Assembly: GCA_964513645.1 (NCBI GenBank)
Contig: CAZENF010000001.1
Coordinates: 135,303-199,302 of the forward strand
Source of the DNA: an uncultured Candidatus Saccharibacteria bacterium
GTDB taxonomy: Bacteria > Patescibacteriota > Minisyncoccia > 2-02-FULL-40-12 > GWA2-44-9
DNA: 64,000 nt
Direction of reading: 5' to 3'
This document shows positions 57,192 to 64,000 of the stretch, piece by piece. The position numbers were made by a program, and so were the translations under genes. Position 1 is the first letter of the stretch. Every line of letters starts with the position of its first letter. The notes under the pieces are model-generated. The model had not been told where the DNA came from and made no database searches. It saw only the letters and a program-made list of their open reading frames with translations.

Positions 57192-58125
57192 AAAAATTCT
57201 CGTCACGGGCGGAGCCGGATTTCTCGGCTCTTTTGTCGTGAAAAAACTTCTCGAACGCGGCGTCCCCAAGAAAAATATATTTGTTCCACGTTCAAAAGAC
57301 CTCGACCTCCGTAAAATTGAGAACTGTGTCAAAGCCGTGAAAGGACGAGACGTCGTCATCCATCTCGCCGCCATCGTCGGCGGTATCGGTTATAACCAAA
57401 AAGTTCCCGGTCAAATGTTCTATGACAACCTGACGATGGGCGCCCAACTCTTAGAAGCGGCCCGGCAGAATAGAATTGAAAAGTTCATAGCCATCGGAAC
57501 AGTTTGCGCTTATCCCAAACACACACCGGTTCCTTTCAAAGAATCCGACCTCTGGAACGGCTATCCTGAAGAGACCAACGCCCCTTACGGTCTGGCCAAA
57601 AAAATGCTTCTCGTCCAGTCCCAGGCCTACCGCCAGGAATACGGGCTTAATTCTATTTACCTCCTACCGGTAAATCTCTACGGGCCCGGAGATAATTTTA
57701 ACGACAAAACTTCGCATGTCATTCCGGCTTTGATAAAAAAAGTAGCCGAAGCCAAGAGATCAGAACAAAAACACATCGAGGTCTGGGGTTCAGGCAAAGC
57801 CTCACGTGAATTTTTATACGTGGAAGATTGCGCCGAAGGAATTGTTTTGGCCGCAGAAAAATACGATAAACCTGAACCGGTAAACATCGGCGCCGGAAGA
57901 GAAATAAAAATTAAAGATCTGGTTACAACTATTTGCCGGTTAATGGATTTCAAGGGCGAGATAAGATGGGATAAAACCAAGCCAGACGGTCAACCCAGAA
58001 GAATGCTCGATACAACTCTCGCCAAAAAAGAATTCGGGTTCAAGGCAAAGATGGATTTTGAAGATGGCCTTACCAGAACTATCTCCTGGTACAAAAATCA
58101 AGAATTAAAAAGGCAGCCTTCATAG
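57175..58125 (+). CDS. fcl: GDP-L-fucose synthase (GDP-4-keto-6-deoxymannose 3,5-epimerase/4-reductase)
   Basis: [15 protein letters not shown] Rossmann motif, SDR fold, and position immediately downstream of gmd. Confidence 0.85.
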   Translation: MNLKNKKILVTGGAGFLGSFVVKKLLERGVPKKNIFVPRSKDLDLRKIENCVKAVKGRDVVIHLAAIVGGIGYNQKVPGQMFYDNLTMGAQLLEAARQNRIEKFIAIGTVCAYPKHTPVPFKESDLWNGYPEETNAPYGLAKKMLLVQSQAYRQEYGLNSIYLLPVNLYGPGDNFNDKTSHVIPALIKKVAEAKRSEQKHIEVWGSGKASREFLYVEDCAEGIVLAAEKYDKPEPVNIGAGREIKIKDLVTTICRLMDFKGEIRWDKTKPDGQPRRMLDTTLAKKEFGFKAKMDFEDGLTRTISWYKNQELKRQPS

Positions 58126-58782
58126 GCTGCCTCGCGGTATTACCAGTTCAGTGTAAAGTTCTTTCTGGTTATCAACCGTTTCCATTATCTTGGCCGCAAC
58201 TTTCTCCGGCTCGAGAAATGAATCAAAGTTCGGATGGTTATATTTCTTCCACATATCCGTCTTCATACTTGAAGGCAGGAAAAGAGAAACGTGAATGTTC
58301 GGGTCCTTGTTCTCAACACCCAAAGACCGGGTAAACCCGACCTGGGCATGTTTGGTCGCATCGTACAACGCTTCACCAGAACTCGCTTTTATCCCCGAGA
58401 CCGAAGCAATCGTCACAAAGTTCTTGGGAGACCCGGCATACTGGAACTGTTGCCAAACCTCATGGGCAATAAAAAGCGCGTTTCTGAAATTAACATCTAC
58501 CATCCGGATGATGTCTTTTTTGTCCTGGGACCGGAACTCTCCTCTTAGGAATTCCCCAGCAACCCAAAAAAAATTATCTACCGGACCGTCATTTTTCAAG
58601 CGTTCAATACAATTCATCACCATCATCAGGTTCGACAAATTGCACTTGTGAACCTGCCGGTTCTCTGTTTTGCTGTCCATAACCGAACGACTTATTTCAA
58701 TAGTATAATCACCTCTTTGTCGGCAAAGTTCGGTAATTTTAGCTCCCAACCCGCGTGATGCTCCTAAGATAATGGTTTTCAT
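58120..58782 (-). CDS. Short-chain dehydrogenase/reductase
   Basis: ILGASRGLG cofactor motif and a YxxxK catalytic motif. Confidence 0.75.
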   Translation of the reverse strand: MKTIILGASRGLGAKITELCRQRGDYTIEISRSVMDSKTENRQVHKCNLSNLMMVMNCIERLKNDGPVDNFFWVAGEFLRGEFRSQDKKDIIRMVDVNFRNALFIAHEVWQQFQYAGSPKNFVTIASVSGIKASSGEALYDATKHAQVGFTRSLGVENKDPNIHVSLFLPSSMKTDMWKKYNHPNFDSFLEPEKVAAKIMETVDNQKELYTELVIPRGSL

Positions 58783-58873
58783 ATTTCTTTTTCAAAAAAA
58801 CATTCGACGCTATTGTACCACAAAAAGCTATCCATTGCCAAAAATAATAAAAAGATATATCATTTCACTACTT

Positions 58874-59953
58874 ATGCCGAAAATAAAGAGAATTCTCGTG
58901 ACGAATGCAGGCGGTTCACCTTCTCTGAATTTTATAAATTCTCTCCATCTTTCTGGTGAGAAGTTCTATATTATTGGTATTGATGCAAATAAATATTCTC
59001 TTGAAAGAGGGGTAAATATTGATAGGAAATTCTTGGTTCCGTATTATAACGACCCCAACTACCTTCCTATCCTAAAGAGCATAATAAAAGAAACAAAACC
59101 TGATATGATCCACGTCCAAAACGACTATGAACTTGGCGTCGTATCAATCAATCGGGACAACATTAATGTTAAGAACTTTTTCCCCAGTAAAAAAACAATA
59201 AGGATCTGTCAGGATAAATTTCAGACATATGAAGCTTGGTCAAAAGCCGGACTGCCTCAGCCAAAAACTATTATAATAGCCAACAAGGAAGACCTTAAAA
59301 AAGCTTTCGATAAATTCGGCAGCCCTTTGTGGCTTCGCGAAATACATGGCGGAGCTGGTAAGGGTTCAATCATGGCCAAAGATATTGATATGGCGATTTC
59401 TTGGATAAATTTTTCTAAAGGCTGGGGTATTTTCACCGCAGCAGAATATCTTTCTCCGCAATCAATAACCTGGCAATCTATATGGAGAGACGGCGAACTC
59501 ATCATAGCCCAGAACCGCAAACGTTTGTATTGGGAATTCGCCAATCGCGCGCCTTCCGGCATAACTGGTTTAACTGGCACAGGGGTAACAGTTAAAGATA
59601 GGTCATTAGATAAGATGGCGATTCGGGCGATAAAAGCAGTTGACAATAAACCACATGGAATTTTCAGTGTTGATATGACTTATGATAAAAAGGGTGTCTT
59701 GAATCCGACAGAGATAAATATAGGACGTTTTTTTACCACTCATGAATTTTTCAGCCAAGCAGGTCTTAATATGCCATATATTTATGTAAAACTTGCGTTC
59801 AATGAACCGGTCAAAATAAATAAAAAACTTAATCCCCTGAAACCAGGTTTGGCCTGGGTCAGAGGTCTCGATTTTTTGCCCAAACTGACAACAATTTCAG
59901 CTATTAACTCTCATGAAGATAAATTAAAAAAAAGATTAAGTCGGATAAAATAA
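58874..59953 (+). CDS. ATP-grasp domain enzyme (within the glycan cluster)
   Basis: ATP-grasp pattern: KDIDMAISW, a central Gly-rich loop, and WLREIHGGAGKGS. Start moved to the internal Met (MPKIKRILV). Confidence 0.65.
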   Translation: MPKIKRILVTNAGGSPSLNFINSLHLSGEKFYIIGIDANKYSLERGVNIDRKFLVPYYNDPNYLPILKSIIKETKPDMIHVQNDYELGVVSINRDNINVKNFFPSKKTIRICQDKFQTYEAWSKAGLPQPKTIIIANKEDLKKAFDKFGSPLWLREIHGGAGKGSIMAKDIDMAISWINFSKGWGIFTAAEYLSPQSITWQSIWRDGELIIAQNRKRLYWEFANRAPSGITGLTGTGVTVKDRSLDKMAIRAIKAVDNKPHGIFSVDMTYDKKGVLNPTEINIGRFFTTHEFFSQAGLNMPYIYVKLAFNEPVKINKKLNPLKPGLAWVRGLDFLPKLTTISAINSHEDKLKKRLSRIK

Positions 59954-59975
59954 AAACCCCATTAAGGGGTTTTGT
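59951..59975. terminator. Bidirectional terminator
   Basis: AAACCCC-atta-AGGGGTTT flanked by A- and T-tracts between convergent genes. Confidence 0.6.
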
Positions 59976-59976
59976 T

Positions 59977-60966
59977 CTATTTTCTTATTGTAGCTAAAAA
60001 TTCATCATAATTTCTTATATAATCCTCCGATTCATAAGGATGTGAAGCAAACACGAGAAGTGTTGCATTCTCGGAATGCCGGTATTGGGTTGCCCAGACC
60101 ATCGGTGGTATATAGAGACCAAGCGAAGGTTTGTTCAAATTTACTTCTGACCTGTTTTGTCCGTCATCGAGAACAACCGAAACACTGCCATGGGTGCATA
60201 TAAGGAATTGGATGCATTTTTTATGAGCATGCTCGCCCCTAGCTTGTCTGCCCGGAACATCGTAAGTGATAAAGAAACGTGAAGGGATAAACGGTATTTC
60301 TTTATCAAAAGATCCGACAGTTAAACTTCCCCGCAAATCAACATGTACTGACATGTGAAATAATCGGGCATTCCCTACTCCTATCTTTTCTAATCCAACA
60401 TTTGTATCCGAGAGGGTGAATTCTTTTTTTTGGTCAAAATGAGGAGTATCTATGTACCCAGTAATTACCGCCGGATTACCCATAACTATCGCCCGGGCAG
60501 GTACATTGTGAGTAACAACGGCTCCAGCTCCAACCATGGCTTCGGAACCAATAGTTAATCCTGGAAAAATAACAGACGCCGCTCCGATAGAGGCAGCTCT
60601 TCCTATATGAGTTTGGACTGGATCAACATGAAACTTGCTTCGTGGAAAAGGGTCGTTGGTAAAAGTTGCATTCGGACCGATAAAAACATCGTCACTTATC
60701 CGCAAACCGTTCCAGAGCTGAACTCCGTTTTTGACCGTAACTCGGTCACCGAGAACAACATCGTTCTCAATAAAAACATTGTTACAAATGTTACAATCTT
60801 TACCAATTACAGCGCCAGACAAAACATGAGCAAAGGCCCAGATCTTGGTTCCGTCCCCTACCTTATCCGTCTCACAAATTCCATGAGGATGAATAAAAAA
60901 ACTCACTAAGCCCACCTTTTTTAAAAAACTTGATACTATACTAAATTTAAGTTCAGTATCTGTCAA
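59977..60966 (-). CDS. Bidomain sugar-modifying enzyme: N-terminal hexapeptide-repeat acetyltransferase plus C-terminal WxcM/FdtA-like cupin domain
   Basis: Left-handed beta-helix repeats (VIGKDCNICNNVFIENDVVLGDRVTV…), then a cupin-like tail. Confidence 0.7.
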   Translation of the reverse strand: MTDTELKFSIVSSFLKKVGLVSFFIHPHGICETDKVGDGTKIWAFAHVLSGAVIGKDCNICNNVFIENDVVLGDRVTVKNGVQLWNGLRISDDVFIGPNATFTNDPFPRSKFHVDPVQTHIGRAASIGAASVIFPGLTIGSEAMVGAGAVVTHNVPARAIVMGNPAVITGYIDTPHFDQKKEFTLSDTNVGLEKIGVGNARLFHMSVHVDLRGSLTVGSFDKEIPFIPSRFFITYDVPGRQARGEHAHKKCIQFLICTHGSVSVVLDDGQNRSEVNLNKPSLGLYIPPMVWATQYRHSENATLLVFASHPYESEDYIRNYDEFLATIRK

Positions 60967-61011
60967 AACATAAGACCTTAAATTTTATGGAGGAGTAGAG
61001 AGGAGTTTGCG

Positions 61012-62166
61012 TTAATGAAGTATTGGGATACCTATTAATTTCTGCTGAGCAACATTAACATAGTGAAAAGCAATTGAAACATTGCCATTACCCGAATTAA
61101 CAGCTTCTAAATCCCCAATAAAGTTAGAATCGTGCCTGGAATCCGCCAAAGTACCATTGAGAACAGATACATTCGTATTGGTATCAGAAAAACTGGTAAA
61201 GGCGAATAATGCATCATTTACAGACAAGTTGGCAGATGTTGAATAATCGCCTGCAGCATTAATAAACTGTTTACTTATTGTACCTATGCCACCATTTGCC
61301 CCGAGAAAAGATGCCGAACTCCCTGTCATTCTTGAACTTGTATTCCAATTTGCTGAAACTAAATTAGTTCCGGGCATAGGGTTTGATAGTGTGAATATCC
61401 AAGTAAAGGCAAAAGCTCCGCCGCTACCAAAATCAGAAACAACCGGTGTCATTGGAGAACCACCGTACGTAATGGAAACACTACTAACCTCGTCTCTAAA
61501 TGCTAAACCCACAATTAAAAGATTGGCCCCGTTAGATACATGTGTCCAAGATATACTATTAACACCGCTTCCCGAAGTTTCTACTCCTGATGCAGAATCT
61601 AATGAAACCGCGGAACCTACAGAAGTAGTTATATCTACCCACGAGTTACCATTAAAACCCTTAAAATTCTTGGTCATTGTATTAAAGTATATTTGTCCGG
61701 CAACTGGGTTATCCGTCGGATCGGCAGATTTTTGGGCAACAGCAAGAGAGCCACCACCAACCAATACTTTGCCAGTTCCTGTAGGATTTAAGGATATGGA
61801 TTGGTTTGTGCCGTTAGCAGATACAGTATTAGTTGTAACCTGAGATACTTTAAGATTTTTATTTACATTATCCCAGAATAAATTTGAATTATCTCCTACT
61901 AACGCTGTCCCGGATGAAAATATCACTGAGCCAATAGGAAAAGAACTATTACCGGTTCCACCGTTGGATAATCCTAAAGTGCCGGAAAAATTTATAGTGT
62001 GAGTTCCGGTTCCGTTATTGCTTATGCTTATATTTGTACCTCCAGACAGTACTTGATCAACTGTTGCATCAAGATTAATTGTCTTGATAGCTCCCGCCGC
62101 CCAGACAACCCCGGCAGAAACTAATATTGTTACCGAAACCGATACAAAAACTTTTATTTTTTTCAT
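61012..62166 (-). CDS. Secreted S/T/G/N-rich surface protein
   Basis: Signal peptide and low-complexity beta-rich repeats (SGGTNISISNNGTGTHTINFSGTLGLSNGGTGN). Confidence 0.45.
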   Translation of the reverse strand: MKKIKVFVSVSVTILVSAGVVWAAGAIKTINLDATVDQVLSGGTNISISNNGTGTHTINFSGTLGLSNGGTGNSSFPIGSVIFSSGTALVGDNSNLFWDNVNKNLKVSQVTTNTVSANGTNQSISLNPTGTGKVLVGGGSLAVAQKSADPTDNPVAGQIYFNTMTKNFKGFNGNSWVDITTSVGSAVSLDSASGVETSGSGVNSISWTHVSNGANLLIVGLAFRDEVSSVSITYGGSPMTPVVSDFGSGGAFAFTWIFTLSNPMPGTNLVSANWNTSSRMTGSSASFLGANGGIGTISKQFINAAGDYSTSANLSVNDALFAFTSFSDTNTNVSVLNGTLADSRHDSNFIGDLEAVNSGNGNVSIAFHYVNVAQQKLIGIPILH

Positions 62167-62270
62167 ATTTTTTTAATTATTTAATTGGTTGTAAGATAGC
62201 ACACACAAATTCAATGTCAAAAGACTAAGGTATATTTTGCAGTTTATAAGATTTAATATATTATTTTCAT

Positions 62271-62966
62271 ATGAACCGAGCCGCACAACATAGCATTACA
62301 GTTATTATCCCTATTCACAGAAATCCTGAGTTTATAATAAGTTCCGTAGAAAAGATACAAAGTTTTCTTTCTAAAAACTTTGTATCTTTTGAAATAATTC
62401 TCCTCGATAGCGGATTAGGTGATTGCCCAGGTTTGTGCGATTTAATGGTTAAAAAATATAATACAGTCAGGGCAATCCACGACCCGATAAATACCGGTTT
62501 AGGACAGAAGATCAGAAGAGGTTATCACGAAGCTAAGAAAGATTTTATTTGGATGATACCTGTCGATATGCCTTTTTCTCTGGACCATATTTTTGAAGCA
62601 CTTCCTCTTTTGGAAGAATATGACTGCGTTTTCAGTTATCGTATCAACGATAAAAGGAATGCATGGCGCAGAATCCAAACCTCTGTCTACGGCCTAACAA
62701 CTAGAATATTTTTAGGAATAAAAGTCCGTAACGTCAATTCACAGTTTCATGTATTAAAAAGAGATGTAGTTCAGCCGTTAAAACTAATATCCAAAGAGTG
62801 GTTCATTGATGCGGAAGTATTATATTATATTACAAGACTTAACATTTCCTACACCGAAATACCTGTTGAAATGACTGAAGATGATAAAACAAAATCGAGT
62901 GTAAATAAGTTTGCCTTTTTGGGAGTATTAAAAGAGATGTTTTATTTTATAGCCGCAAATCTTTAG
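62271..62966 (+). CDS. Family 2 glycosyltransferase (DPM1-like)
   Basis: ITVIIPIHRN N-terminus, DxD-type motif LDSGLGD, and a GT-A fold. Confidence 0.8.
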   Translation: MNRAAQHSITVIIPIHRNPEFIISSVEKIQSFLSKNFVSFEIILLDSGLGDCPGLCDLMVKKYNTVRAIHDPINTGLGQKIRRGYHEAKKDFIWMIPVDMPFSLDHIFEALPLLEEYDCVFSYRINDKRNAWRRIQTSVYGLTTRIFLGIKVRNVNSQFHVLKRDVVQPLKLISKEWFIDAEVLYYITRLNISYTEIPVEMTEDDKTKSSVNKFAFLGVLKEMFYFIAANL

Positions 62967-64000
62967 ATCCCAGATATCCTTTAACCTTCTTATAACATAG
63001 TCCTAAACCAAGAACTCCGAGAAGAATATATAGCGGTTCTATCTGAAAACGATAAAGCGCCGAGGCCATGATTCCTGTCAGACTGGCGACATAAATTACC
63101 AGACCTGAAAACAGATGGACCATAAAACGCTTCTCACGCTCCATATAAAAAGCAAAGACCGACATGGCAACAGTTCCCAAAAATAACAGGAACAGAAATG
63201 CCCTCTCGAGGACAACGCTGTAAGCAAATAAACTGGTGTCTTTAAATTTGAGAACCTCTTTGATGCTTATGTCCTCTTTTTGTTCCGGTGAAAATATCCT
63301 GAACCAGGCCCTCGCCCCGTCGCGGACAAAGAATTTAAAGAACAATTCGCTACGCGATTCGAACAAAGCTTTTGGTGATGAGAACATAATCTCAAGCGAA
63401 CGTTGTTTTAAATATGGCCACGCATCAAATTCCGAAGGAATTTCAGCCGGACCGACAGCATTTGGCAGACCGAGTTTATCCAACGCTTCTCTGGTTAGAA
63501 TTTTAGACGCCTGATCATAAGTAATGTGGTGAGTATAACTATAAACCGACGGTGCATCATAAAAATACATCTGTATCCAAAGAATGGAAGAAATATCGTA
63601 ATGACCGAAGACGAGATAATTTCTGAACTGCCACGGAAAAAGAACGGCAAAAAATATCAATACTAATGTAAGCGGCACAAGACAAAGCATTTTTTTATCA
63701 AAACTACTTTTGTTTAGATAACAATAATAGAAGAAAGAAAGAATGAACAAGACAACCAAATACTGGCCTATAGGTCTGATAAGAGCGGTCAGCGGTATTA
63801 GTATGGCCGTAAGCATGAGGTAAAGATTTCTTTTGCTTTCCAAGAATTTAAGCCAAAAATAGGCACTTAAGATAACCGCTGAAACAAATAATGTTTCCGT
63901 CAAAAACTCGAGCGGAGCTATCATTGATATCGGGGTGAATGAGAATACCGCGGCCGCAATATAGCCTAATTTTTGATAGTCAAGTTTAGAAGCAAAAAGG
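62947..64000 (-). CDS. Polytopic membrane protein, probably a GT-C-type glycosyltransferase (N-terminus outside the window)
   Basis: Multiple TM helices. The frame stays open on the minus strand to the window edge with no in-frame stop. Confidence 0.45.
   Translation of the reverse strand, partial: LFASKLDYQKLGYIAAAVFSFTPISMIAPLEFLTETLFVSAVILSAYFWLKFLESKRNLYLMLTAILIPLTALIRPIGQYLVVLFILSFFYYCYLNKSSFDKKMLCLVPLTLVLIFFAVLFPWQFRNYLVFGHYDISSILWIQMYFYDAPSVYSYTHHITYDQASKILTREALDKLGLPNAVGPAEIPSEFDAWPYLKQRSLEIMFSSPKALFESRSELFFKFFVRDGARAWFRIFSPEQKEDISIKEVLKFKDTSLFAYSVVLERAFLFLLFLGTVAMSVFAFYMEREKRFMVHLFSGLVIYVASLTGIMASALYRFQIEPLYILLGVLGLGLCYKKVKGYLGSKDLRL

Overview
This window is a low-GC bacterial chromosome segment that is gene-dense on both strands. 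It has small genes and several foreign-looking high-GC patches. That composition is consistent with a reduced-genome, uncultivated lineage (inference only).

Housekeeping genes supported by clear motifs: the uvrB 3' end, rpsT, a FtsW/RodA-family protein, mraY, a D-Ala-D-Ala carboxypeptidase (peptidase S11), aspS, ddl, secD/secF, secA, a ribosome hibernation factor, a MsbA-like ABC exporter, a proline iminopeptidase, a NUDIX hydrolase, Maf, and a VKOR–DsbA disulfide-bond pair.

Positions ~48.3–64.0 kb hold a surface-glycan cluster: epimerase, UDP-sugar dehydrogenase, sugar-phosphate transferase, O-antigen-ligase/TPR protein, Wzx flippase, gmd, fcl, SDR, an ATP-grasp enzyme, an acetyltransferase/FdtA-like protein, and glycosyltransferases.

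Positions ~11.4–24.6 kb form an accessory region.
- It starts at a tRNA-Lys(UUU) gene.
- A large serine recombinase overlaps the tRNA 3' end.
- Next come a rolling-circle (HUH) Rep gene, a restriction-modification (R-M) pair, a HEPN module, and a trypsin-like protease.
- The island apparently ends at a decayed copy of the tRNA 3' end at 18422–18450.
- Beyond it lie an orphan RHS toxin cassette flanked by 16-bp direct repeats, an array of individually promoted and terminated small Cys-rich genes, an HD-domain protein and a MazG-like protein.

The most unusual sequence-level observation is a family of three 80–120 bp elements, each bounded by inverted repeats (TCCCGTACGAAGT … ACTTCGTACGGG) and flanked by the direct repeat ATGAA. 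In all three copies the downstream ATGAA supplies the start codon of a gene (hpf, sugar transferase, fcl). One copy also extends the gmd reading frame.

Other notable items:
- A nucleotidyltransferase–DAC (c-di-AMP-cyclase-like) fusion with a substituted RHR motif.
- An operon of two Cas4/RecB-like nucleases with a ClpP-like protease.
- A VirD4-like ATPase with a membrane partner.
- An in-frame repeat plus palindrome insertion in secA.
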